Positions 9,167-16,689 of a stretch of 32,000 nucleotides of DNA are shown here, in pieces. A model generated the notes under the pieces. That model was not told where the DNA came from, searched no databases, and saw only the letters and a list, made by a program, of their open reading frames with translations. This DNA comes from Ktedonobacterales bacterium (lineage in GTDB: Bacteria > Chloroflexota > Ktedonobacteria > Ktedonobacterales > JADMIN01). The number at the start of each line of letters is the position of its first letter. The first letter of the stretch is position 1. The stretch spans positions 3,750,001 through 3,782,000 of the forward strand of contig CP126532.1 in the NCBI GenBank assembly GCA_030167145.1, written 5' to 3'. Both the position numbers and the translations under genes were made by a program.

Positions 9167-9823
9167 ATGACGGCACGCTCTGAACGCCCCGACGCGGCAC
9201 AGACAGCGGCGACGCTCTCGCGCCGGGATGCGTTGAAGGCTGGCGCGGTGGGCATGGCCTGGCTGGTGGGGCTTGGGCATCTGACCCCTAGTATCATCCG
9301 TGAGCTTGAAGGTCTGGCACAGGGCAGGCCGATGACCGGAACACGGTTGGCTGGCATCCTGCGGGCCGAGCGTATTCGATGGAACACATTGCTGGCCCAG
9401 GTTGGTATGGTTCGCATGGAGACGCCGAATGTGGAGGGTACGTGGTCGGTGAAGGAGATCGTCGCGCATCTCACCTGGTATGAGCGCGCGGTTGTGGAAG
9501 GCGCGCGGCAGGTGATGAGCGGGGGACGTTTTATGCGTCCTGGGCAAGAGGACGGTGGAATGGATGAGCGCAACGCCCGCATCGCCGCCGAGAGCCACGC
9601 GCGCCCGGTGGGTGATGTGCTCGCCGAGGCGGACGCGACGTTCGGACACCTGTTGGCGATGATAGAAGCGTGCCCGAATGACTTGCTGAATGACCCTAAT
9701 CTGCTGGGGCTTCCCGATGATATTCCGCCGTGGATGCGCGTGGCGAACAACTCGTATGGCCACTACCGGGAGCATGAGGCGGCGATTCGGGCGTGGCTAG
9801 CGGAGACGGCGCGGTCCGCATAG
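9167..9823 (+). CDS. DinB/ClbS-like four-helix-bundle protein with a twin-arginine (Tat) signal peptide
   Basis: 218 aa. AAAGGAGGG SD lies 5 nt upstream of the ATG. N-terminal LSRRDALKAGAVGMAWLVGLG matches the S-R-R-x-x-L-K Tat consensus plus an h-region. WSVKEIVAHLTWYE and NNSYGHYREHEAAIRAWL resemble DinB_2/DUF1706-type bundles. Confidence 0.65.
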   Translation: MTARSERPDAAQTAATLSRRDALKAGAVGMAWLVGLGHLTPSIIRELEGLAQGRPMTGTRLAGILRAERIRWNTLLAQVGMVRMETPNVEGTWSVKEIVAHLTWYERAVVEGARQVMSGGRFMRPGQEDGGMDERNARIAAESHARPVGDVLAEADATFGHLLAMIEACPNDLLNDPNLLGLPDDIPPWMRVANNSYGHYREHEAAIRAWLAETARSA

Positions 9824-9873
9824 ACGGCAATGCAACACTGTTGCGGCACGCCTCAGCATGGGAATGATATGAG

Positions 9874-9910
9874 ACGCCCGGACACGGCTGCGTTGCCGAC
9901 ATCCGGGCGT
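9874..9910. terminator. Stem-loop between the convergent DinB-like and sat genes (candidate bidirectional terminator)
   Basis: ACGCCCGGA (9874-9882) pairs perfectly with TCCGGGCGT (9902-9910). An inner CGGC/GCCG pair extends the stem. There is no strong T-tract, so intrinsic-terminator function is uncertain. Confidence 0.45.
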
Positions 9911-9951
9911 TCTGCTGCGTATGGGCATCTGGTGGACGCCCGTTTACTGGG

Positions 9952-11118
9952 TTAGCTGGCGACGGGCGCGCCCTGCATCGCGGTGATCAGCACGCGGGCG
10001 ACTTCGGGGCGGCTGAACTCCGGCGGGGGCGTCTGGCCGGCGCGGAGCATGGTGCGAACGGCGGTTCCGCTGAGAATCACATGGCTCTCTGCGCCATGGG
10101 GGCAGGTCTTGGTGGAGGCCATGCTGCCGCAGGTCTTGCAGAAGAACGAGTGCTCGAAGAAGAGCGGGGTGATGCCCAGCTTGTCGCGGTCGAATTCGGA
10201 GAAGATCTCTTGCGCGGCGTAGGTGCCGTAGAAGTTGCCGACGCCGGCGTGGTCGCGCCCGACGATGAAGTGGGTGCAGCCGTAGTTCTTGCGTACCAGC
10301 GCGTGGAAGATGGCCTCGCGCGGGCCAGCGTAGCGCATGCGCGCGGGGAAGGTGCCGAGCAGCACGCGGTTCGCCGGATAGTAGTTTTCGAGCAAGACCT
10401 GATAGCATTGCATGCGCACATCGGCGGGCACGTCGTCTTCTTTGGTCTCGCCAACGAGCGGATGCAGGAAGAGACCTTCGACGATTTCCATCGCGCATTT
10501 CTGGATGTATTCGTGCGCGCGGTGAACGGGGTTGCGCGTTTGGAAGCCGACGATGGTTTTCCAGCCACGCGCCGCGAAGGCCGCACGAGCCAGCATCGGG
10601 CTGGCGGGGAACTCTGGGAACGGCCCCAGCGTCGGCGGCGTCAGCAGCCAGATCGGCCCACCCAGCAGCACGTCGCCCTGCTCGTTCAGCGCGCGGACGC
10701 CGGGATGGCTGGTGTCTTCGGTGCGGTAGACCATCTGCGCTTCGTGGGCTTTGTCGTAGGTGAATTTCTCATGCAGTTCCAGCAGGGCGCGGTCGTTGCC
10801 GTCGCTATCGCGCAGCACGACGGTCGTGCCTTCCTTCAGCCCGTCCGCCACTTCGCTGGAGACGGCCAGGGTGATGGGCAGCGACCAGGGCAGCCCGCTG
10901 GCCAGGTGCATGGTATCCACTACGGAGCGGTAGTCCTGGCTGGTCATGAAGCCGGCCAATGGGCTGAACGCGCCGACGGCGATCAGGTCGAGGTCCAGAA
11001 ATACCCGACGTCCGACGGTCAGCGAGGGCAGGCTTGTGACCACCTCAGACCAATTTTGCACGTCTTCTGTCGGCATAACACGGTTGATCAGAGCGCCACC
11101 GTGCGGCTGCGCTGTCAT
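9952..11118 (-). CDS. sat: Sulfate adenylyltransferase (ATP sulfurylase)
   Basis: 388 aa. Signature motifs [14 protein letters not shown] and [20 protein letters not shown] lies upstream of the ATG at 11116-11118. Confidence 0.95.
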   Translation of the reverse strand: MTAQPHGGALINRVMPTEDVQNWSEVVTSLPSLTVGRRVFLDLDLIAVGAFSPLAGFMTSQDYRSVVDTMHLASGLPWSLPITLAVSSEVADGLKEGTTVVLRDSDGNDRALLELHEKFTYDKAHEAQMVYRTEDTSHPGVRALNEQGDVLLGGPIWLLTPPTLGPFPEFPASPMLARAAFAARGWKTIVGFQTRNPVHRAHEYIQKCAMEIVEGLFLHPLVGETKEDDVPADVRMQCYQVLLENYYPANRVLLGTFPARMRYAGPREAIFHALVRKNYGCTHFIVGRDHAGVGNFYGTYAAQEIFSEFDRDKLGITPLFFEHSFFCKTCGSMASTKTCPHGAESHVILSGTAVRTMLRAGQTPPPEFSRPEVARVLITAMQGAPVAS

Positions 11119-11195
11119 AGGTTGTTCCTCTCCACATAGATAAAGTGTTTCGGCGGTGGCTGGCAGAGTTGGTGGCTGCCGTGCCGCCGCAGGCG

Positions 11196-11462
11196 TCAGT
11201 TCGCGGTGATGCGTGGGCCGCGCGGCAACGGAGATGGCGACGACATCGGTAGGCCCAGATGGCCGAGATAGGCGCGGGTCCAGGGATCGAACAGACTCGT
11301 GTCGAGGCTGGGATCGAGCTGCCCAACGAGATCGGCCAGCGCGCTGACATGGCGCTGGCGCTCGTCGTCGGTGCGCGATCCCGCGATAGCCCAGACGAGA
11401 TTGGTGACGAACTGGCGTTCAAGCGCCGCGCGTGGTGACTCGAATCGGTTCGATCTGTTCAT
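11196..11462 (-). CDS. Small hypothetical protein (88 aa) inside the sulfate-activation operon
   Basis: The ORF sits in the gap between AlkP paralog 2 (33 nt upstream) and sat (77 nt downstream) on the same strand. GGGGAAGG lies about 9 nt before the ATG. I recognise no motif. Confidence 0.5.
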   Translation of the reverse strand: MNRSNRFESPRAALERQFVTNLVWAIAGSRTDDERQRHVSALADLVGQLDPSLDTSLFDPWTRAYLGHLGLPMSSPSPLPRGPRITAN

Positions 11463-11495
11463 AGCGGCCAGCCTTCCCCGCAGCGTCGCAGGATG

Positions 11496-12869
11496 TCATG
11501 CGCTAATGACTAGCGCGCCGTCCAGCCCGTCTGGCTGGGGCACGCGCATCAGATTGTAGACGGCGGGCACGACGTCTTCCATCGTGAGGGTGGACTTGAC
11601 GATGTCGTGGCCGGAGACGTAGAGCAGGGCGTCGTCGAAGGTGTGCTCGCCGATGAGCACATCGCCCTTATAGGTCAGATGTTCACGGTCCATCGCGCCC
11701 TTGAAGGCGTAGCCCGTGGTGGGCGAGATCACCAGGTCCGGCGCGTTCTGATAGTTTTCGCCGTGGTAGATCTCTTCGCGTTTGTAGACGCGCTGGACCA
11801 TCTTTTCGCCGGTGTCGGGGTCGCGCAGTTCCAGCAGTTCGTCGCTGAGCTGCTGGCGCACGCGCTCGTAGTCCGCGCCCGGCTCGACGCTGCCGCGCGG
11901 CTCGCGTCCGCGCAGATTGATGAAGACGCGACCGGGGTCCATGCTATAGGCGCGGGTGGCGGGAGTGATGCTGGCGATGCTCGGCGGCTTGCCGGGCGCT
12001 GGCTCGGTGGAGAGCCAGCCGTTCTCGCGCAGCCACGTGTTCAGGTAGACTTCTTTGCGGACGGTGCAGAAGCCGTGGTCGGAGAGAATCACCAGCGTCG
12101 TGTTCTCATCCACGCGCTCCCAGACCTGGCCGAGAATCGTGTCCACCTTTTCGTAGAAGTCGTAGAACTGCGGCGCCCAATAGGGGTCGTTGTTCTCCAT
12201 GTACTCCCAGAAGAAGTGGTGCAGCCGGTCGGTCTCCATGATGTGCGACATGAAGAAGTCCCACGGCTCGCTATCCATTAGCTCGAACATCACCGCTGCG
12301 CGGCGCTCCAGCACGTGGTGCAGTTCTTTCATGAAGTCGTCTTTGTTGCGGCGGGCGATAGCGGCGTCGGCGTCAATCTTGTAGCCCATCTGCTGCAAGC
12401 GCCCGGCAAGCTCCTTGGGATAGGTGGCTTTCTCCAGGCTGGGCGAAAGGAAGCACGAGACCATCAGCCCGTTAACCTGCCGTGGGGGGTAGGTCACGGG
12501 GACGTTCATCACCACGACTTCCTTGCCCGCCTTGCTCAGTTCGCACCAGATTGGCTCGCGCTTCATGGTGCTGCTGTTGGGCAGGAAGACATCGTAGGTG
12601 TTGAGACGGCGATCCACGAAGCCATAGATGTTGTGCTTGCCGGGATTACAGCCGGTCATGAAGGATGACCACGCGACCGACGAGACGAACGGCCACGAGG
12701 AGTTCAGCGGGCGCACCGTGCCCGCCTGAAAGATACGCGCTAGATTGGGCATGCGCCCTTCGGCGATCTGGCGCATCGCGAAGCTATAGGGCACGCCGTC
12801 AATGCCGATAGCCAGCACCCTGCGCGCTCCACCACCTGGCGCGGATTGGCGCCGCGCAAACCACTGCAT
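11496..12869 (-). CDS. Alkaline-phosphatase-superfamily enzyme, type I phosphodiesterase/nucleotide pyrophosphatase-like (paralog 2)
   Basis: 457 aa. VLAIGIDGVPYSF, PFVSSVAWSSFMTGCNPGKHN, METDRLHHFFW and LVILSDHGF are colinear with paralogs 1 and 3. No signal peptide. Confidence 0.88.
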   Translation of the reverse strand: MQWFARRQSAPGGGARRVLAIGIDGVPYSFAMRQIAEGRMPNLARIFQAGTVRPLNSSWPFVSSVAWSSFMTGCNPGKHNIYGFVDRRLNTYDVFLPNSSTMKREPIWCELSKAGKEVVVMNVPVTYPPRQVNGLMVSCFLSPSLEKATYPKELAGRLQQMGYKIDADAAIARRNKDDFMKELHHVLERRAAVMFELMDSEPWDFFMSHIMETDRLHHFFWEYMENNDPYWAPQFYDFYEKVDTILGQVWERVDENTTLVILSDHGFCTVRKEVYLNTWLRENGWLSTEPAPGKPPSIASITPATRAYSMDPGRVFINLRGREPRGSVEPGADYERVRQQLSDELLELRDPDTGEKMVQRVYKREEIYHGENYQNAPDLVISPTTGYAFKGAMDREHLTYKGDVLIGEHTFDDALLYVSGHDIVKSTLTMEDVVPAVYNLMRVPQPDGLDGALVISA

Positions 12870-13007
12870 TGTCTTCTACCCCTTCTTCGCGAGGCCCAAA
12901 CCCTGCGCGTCCGCGATGTCTGTGGGATGCGGCCAGCGTACCGTGAGGGCATCGCGCTAGCCGCACAATGTTACCAGGCCAAGCTGAGTTTTAGCTTAGC
13001 GTTCGCG

Positions 13008-13673
13008 CTACATATAGCCCAGGTCTTCGAGCCGCTTGGAGACTTCGGCCTCTTCCTCTTCGGAGTAGGCGCTTGAAGAGGACGGCGCGCTGGAGACCGG
13101 CACGGCCACCGCTACGGGCGCTGGCTCTGGCGCGGCTTTGGGCGCGGGCGTGAGGTAGCCATGCGCTTCGAGCCAACTGACGATGTCGCCCGCACTTTCC
13201 TCTGGTGTGCGCCCCTCGGTCTGCACGACGATCTCCGCGCTGGCTGGCGGCTCGTAGGGATCGGAGACGCCGGTGAACGAAGGAATCTCGCCAGAGATTG
13301 CCTTCTTGTAGAGGCCCTTCACGTCGCGCCGCGCGCACTCTTCGAGCGAGGTGGCGATATAGACTTCGACGAAGGCGGGGATGTTGGCCCGCACCTGCTC
13401 GCGCGCCTGGCGATAGGGCGAGATGGCGGTGGCGATGGCGACGACATCGTTGCGCGTGAGCACTTCGCAGACCCAGCCGATACGCAGAATGTTCGTATCG
13501 CGGTCTTCGCGGCTGAAGCCGAGACCTTTGCTCAGGTGGGTGCGCACTACGTCGCCATCCAGCATCTCAACCTTGTTACCGCGCTCGCGGATGGTCTGCT
13601 CGACGATCTCGCCGATGGTTGTTTTGCCCGCGCCCGAAAGGCCGGTGAACCAGAGTGTGAAACCACGACTCAT
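13008..13673 (-). CDS. cysC: Adenylylsulfate (APS) kinase with a 49-aa Pro/Ala/Ser-rich and acidic C-terminal extension
   Basis: The true start is the internal ATG at 13671-13673 (MSRGFTLWFTGLSGAGKTTIG, a P-loop). LDGDVVRTHL and FSREDRDTNILRIG are typical APS kinase motifs. The first 136 aa of track ORF 13008..14081 are Arg-rich and overlap the upstream AlkP gene, so I discard them. Confidence 0.93.
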   Translation of the reverse strand: MSRGFTLWFTGLSGAGKTTIGEIVEQTIRERGNKVEMLDGDVVRTHLSKGLGFSREDRDTNILRIGWVCEVLTRNDVVAIATAISPYRQAREQVRANIPAFVEVYIATSLEECARRDVKGLYKKAISGEIPSFTGVSDPYEPPASAEIVVQTEGRTPEESAGDIVSWLEAHGYLTPAPKAAPEPAPVAVAVPVSSAPSSSSAYSEEEEAEVSKRLEDLGYM

Positions 13674-13718
13674 ACCCAATGAACCTGCTTTCCGCACCAA
13701 AAAACTACAGGAGAACGC

Positions 13719-13734
13719 TGTGGCACGCGCCACA
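13719..13734. other. Short intercistronic hairpin between AlkP paralog 3 and cysC
   Basis: TGTGGC (13719-13724), loop ACGC, then GCCACA (13729-13734). A T6 run follows 14 nt downstream on the minus strand (complement of the A-run at 13699-13704). Function unknown. Confidence 0.3.
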
Positions 13735-13753
13735 CTTTTGCGGACCTTAGACG

Positions 13754-15175
13754 TTAGCCGATATGGACGCCCGCGGGAATGGGCACCGCGTGCTGGATCG
13801 GCGTGCCGCGCATATCGGCTGGCACGGGCACATCCAGCGCTTCGAGAATCGTCGGCGCGACATCCATCAGGTGGCGCGGGGCCACCTCGCCGCGCTGGGT
13901 CAGCCGGGCGTCGCGCATGATGACCATGCCGAACTGCGCGTGGTTGGCGTCGTCGGGGCCGGTGTCGTTCTCGAAGGTGTAGATCGAGCCGTTGCCGACC
14001 GTGCCGACGGAGCGCCAAAGCAGATCGCCGAAGAGCACGATCAGGTCGGGCGCGATGTTCTTCACTTCGCGATACGTCCACTCCGGCTTGGCGACGCGCG
14101 TGCCCATGGGCCGCCCGGAGTCATCGGGCAGCGCTTGCAGCTTCGCGGTGAGTTCGGCGCGCAGGCTGTCGTACTCTTCGGGCGCGACGCAGCCGCTCGG
14201 CTCGCGCCCGCGCACGTTCAAGAAGACGCGGGCGTAGTAGCCGCCCGCGCCCCAGGCGCGGGTGCGCTCCCAGTCAATCTCGCACTGGTTGAGGTTGACG
14301 ATCCCCTCGGGGCGGCTCTTGAGCACGAGATAGCCCTCGCGGATCAGCCAATCGTTGATGCAGATGCCGCCGTCCATGCGTTTCGCGCCGTGGTCGGAGA
14401 CGATCATGACGGTCGTTTCGTCGCCGACGCGCGAGAGCAGGCTGGCGATCTGCCCATCCAGGTAGCGATAGTATTCGCGGATGGAGTGCAGGAACGGCGT
14501 CGGCCCCGGATGCTTGCGGTGCTGGGGGTCCATGTACTTCCACAGGCCGTGGTGGATGCGGTCGGTGCCCATCTCGACGAACATGAAGAAGTCCCACGGC
14601 TTGGCGTCCATCAGATGGCGCACCAGCTTGAAGCGGCGGTCGGTCATTTGATAGATCTGCTGCAAGAGATAGTCGGTATTCTCGGTGCGGAAGTCTTTCA
14701 CGTCGAACATGTAGTCGGGTACGACGCTCAGCACTTCCTCGCGCAGTTCCGGCGGATAGGTGAACTGGCTCTTCAGCCCTGGGGTGAGGAAGCACGTCAC
14801 CATCTCGCCGTTCACCTGGCGTGGTGGATAAGTGCAGGGGATGCCGACCACCGTGGAGTGTTTATCGTGCTGCCCCAGCACGTCGTAGACGACCGGCTCT
14901 TTGATGTAGGTGCTGTTGGCGACCGCTGTCTCTTTATAGTTATGCTCAAGACGGTTACGGAAGCCGTAAATGCCGAGTTGTCCGGGGTCTTTGCTGGTGA
15001 GCATAGACATCCACGCGGGCACCGTAATCGGCGGCATGCAGCTTTCGAGCCGCGCGTAGATCCCCTCATCCATCAGCTTCGCGAAGGTGGGCAACTGCTC
15101 GCGCCACTGGTCGAAGACCAGTTCAGGCGCGGCGCAGTCCAGCCCGATGACCAGCACCCGCCGCTTCTTTTCCAT
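13754..15175 (-). CDS. Alkaline-phosphatase-superfamily enzyme, type I phosphodiesterase/nucleotide pyrophosphatase-like (paralog 3, divergent active-site motifs)
   Basis: ORF 13754..15202. I prefer the ATG at 15173-15175 (MEKKRRVLVIGLDC). Motifs PPITVPAWMSMLTSKDPGQLG, MGTDRIHHGLW and VMIVSDHGA. No signal peptide. Confidence 0.88.
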   Translation of the reverse strand: MEKKRRVLVIGLDCAAPELVFDQWREQLPTFAKLMDEGIYARLESCMPPITVPAWMSMLTSKDPGQLGIYGFRNRLEHNYKETAVANSTYIKEPVVYDVLGQHDKHSTVVGIPCTYPPRQVNGEMVTCFLTPGLKSQFTYPPELREEVLSVVPDYMFDVKDFRTENTDYLLQQIYQMTDRRFKLVRHLMDAKPWDFFMFVEMGTDRIHHGLWKYMDPQHRKHPGPTPFLHSIREYYRYLDGQIASLLSRVGDETTVMIVSDHGAKRMDGGICINDWLIREGYLVLKSRPEGIVNLNQCEIDWERTRAWGAGGYYARVFLNVRGREPSGCVAPEEYDSLRAELTAKLQALPDDSGRPMGTRVAKPEWTYREVKNIAPDLIVLFGDLLWRSVGTVGNGSIYTFENDTGPDDANHAQFGMVIMRDARLTQRGEVAPRHLMDVAPTILEALDVPVPADMRGTPIQHAVPIPAGVHIG

Positions 15176-15217
15176 AACCCGTCTCTTTCGCTCTCGATGC
15201 ACTCAGCCGCCCAAGCC

Positions 15218-15315
15218 GGGCGTCCACCGGACGCCCCTACGCGGGGTGATGCGTCCGTCCGGGGGACGCCCCTACGCGGGGTGATGCGTCCGTCCGGGGG
15301 ACGCCCCTACGCGGG
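15218..15315. repeat. Hairpin followed by about 2.5 tandem copies of a 35-bp GC-rich, self-complementary unit, between the TauE and AlkP-3 genes
   Basis: GGGCGTCC (15218-15225), loop ACC, then GGACGCCC (15229-15236). The unit GGACGCCCCTACGCGGGGTGATGCGTCCGTCCGGG occurs at 15229-15263 and identically at 15264-15298, with a 17-bp partial copy at 15299-15315. Each unit contains GGACGC...GCGTCC and CCCC...GGGG inverted pairs. Confidence 0.95.
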
Positions 15316-15379
15316 TCGGCTTATCGCTTACAACACCTGACGATAACACCCGATAACACTTGATTATGCCCAAAGACAT

Positions 15380-16183
15380 CTAGATAATCGCCAGCAATCG
15401 CAGCGCGGAGAGCAACAGCACCCCTGCTACGGCTGGCCGCAACACGATCTCCGGCACCACCTTGCTCATGCGGCTGCCGACGAGCACGCCGGGAATTGAG
15501 CCGATGAGCAGTTGCCCGACGATGGGAAAGGCGACATCGCCCAGTGTCCAGTGCGCCGCCGCCGCCGCGGCGGAGAGCAGACATCCCTGGAGCACATCGG
15601 TGCCGACGCGCCGGCTCATCTTCCATCTTGGATAAACGAGGAGCAAGGCAATCATAACAAGGCTCCCGCCACCTACGGATGTAAGTCCTACAAGGAAGCC
15701 GACGATAGCGCCGATGACGATCAAAATTGGCGTGCGAAAGCGCCGCAGCACCTCCAATCGCGCAAAGAAGACGTTCGGGCGATCTTCCGGCCAGAGCCGG
15801 TTGCGAATGAAGGGCTGGGCGACGAGCAGCACCGCGACGATGATGAGCATCGCGCCGACGGCATGAGCCACCAGATCTTCTACATCTACGCCGGGTATGT
15901 GACGCAGATGCGCGATCAGCCCGACGCCCAGGATGGATGCGGGGACGCTGCCGAGCGAGAGCCGTATGCTGGTCCACACTTTGATCTGCGTCTGGCGCAG
16001 ATGTTGGAGCGCGCCCACGGCCTTGGTGACAGTGGCATAAGCCAAGTCGGTGCCCACGGCGAGCGTCGGTTTCACGCCTAACAGCAGCACCAGGATCGGC
16101 GTCATCAGCGAGCCGCCGCCCATGCCGGTTAGCCCGACCAGCATGCCCACGAGTAGCCCGGTGAAAATGAACCGCGCGTCCAT
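15380..16183 (-). CDS. TauE/SafE (TSUP, DUF81) family anion permease
   Basis: 267 aa with roughly eight hydrophobic helices. The GLTGMGGGSLMTPILVLLLG motif is repeated in the second half as GLTSVGGGSLVMIALLLV. A strong GGAGGAGG SD precedes the ATG at 16181-16183. Confidence 0.88.
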   Translation of the reverse strand: MDARFIFTGLLVGMLVGLTGMGGGSLMTPILVLLLGVKPTLAVGTDLAYATVTKAVGALQHLRQTQIKVWTSIRLSLGSVPASILGVGLIAHLRHIPGVDVEDLVAHAVGAMLIIVAVLLVAQPFIRNRLWPEDRPNVFFARLEVLRRFRTPILIVIGAIVGFLVGLTSVGGGSLVMIALLLVYPRWKMSRRVGTDVLQGCLLSAAAAAAHWTLGDVAFPIVGQLLIGSIPGVLVGSRMSKVVPEIVLRPAVAGVLLLSALRLLAII

Positions 16184-16523
16184 CGGACCTCCTCCGCCAC
16201 AGCATCACCCATGTGTCACGCTTGATGCTCCCGCCGCACGCGGTCGAGAGCGTAGCGACTGTCGCTCTTGCAGCTATGCGTAGCACAGCGCGCCATGCGA
16301 ACAGCGTAGCAGTGGCGCATTTGTGCCACAATGGGCACTTCTACCCCAGTCGCTCTGGGCGGGTGTCCCATACGAGCAATACCGTGCTGGTTGCTGGTCG
16401 CATACAAGCGCCTACTGCGCCCGCATTTGCGCCGCTTGAGCTTAGGTAGGAGTGTATTGGGCGGAGCAGATTTCCCAGGCGCTTCGCTGCGATTCGGTTC
16501 GAGTGGAAGCGGTTACTGATGCG

Positions 16524-16602
16524 CATGTAGGTACGTTGGATTAGGGAGAGCGCGGATGCGCCAGCATGCGCCTGTTGCGCGTGTGGGCGCATGACCTACA
16601 TG
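16524..16602. other. Nested inverted repeats (candidate structured RNA or operator) in the TauE/GT2 divergent intergenic region
   Basis: Outer pair CATGTAGGT (16524-16532) with ACCTACATG (16594-16602). Inner pair CATGCGCC (16565-16572) with GGCGCATG (16586-16593). All are perfect complements read directly from the sequence. Confidence 0.6.
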
Positions 16603-16689
16603 CCAGCGGACGCCAGTCCCGTTCTATGGCGGGCGAATCGCCCCTATACAGTCATCCGGTGTGTAGGTACACTTTTGGAGGAGAGCGCG
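16526..16689. promoter_or_regulatory. Three copies of the TGTAGGT core at an exact 68-bp period with alternating orientation. The two direct copies extend to a duplicated TGTAGGTAC...GGAGAGCGCG motif of about 29 nt.
   Basis: TGTAGGT at 16526-16532, ACCTACA (its reverse complement) at 16594-16600, and TGTAGGT at 16662-16668. GGAGAGCGCG occurs at 16545-16554 and 16680-16689, which is 19 and 18 nt after the respective cores. Confidence 0.55.

Noticed and set aside
10081-11139. 352-aa plus-strand ORF opposite sat
   Set aside because: Antisense to an unambiguous ATP sulfurylase, with the compositional bias of shadow ORFs.
13674-14081. N-terminal 136-aa extension of the cysC ORF as given in the track
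   Set aside because: The extension is Arg-rich, overlaps the 3' end of AlkP paralog 3, and precedes an internal Met that starts exactly at the APS kinase P-loop region.
15229-15315. Possible CRISPR array
   Set aside because: The 35-bp units are directly adjacent with no spacers, there are only about 2.5 copies, and there are no cas genes. It is a tandem repeat, not a CRISPR array.
13763-15340. 525-aa plus-strand ORF opposite AlkP paralog 3
   Set aside because: It is the antisense shadow ORF of a gene with strong family motifs. Its Ala/Gly/Val/Arg/Asp/His-biased, low-information composition is typical of such shadow frames, and its 3' end merely reads through the 35-bp tandem repeat.
16496-16503. 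tRNA-like GGTTCGAG T-loop string in the intergenic region
   Set aside because: The flanking bases (TTCGG versus GGAAG) cannot form the 5-bp T-stem, and no acceptor or anticodon arms could be built.
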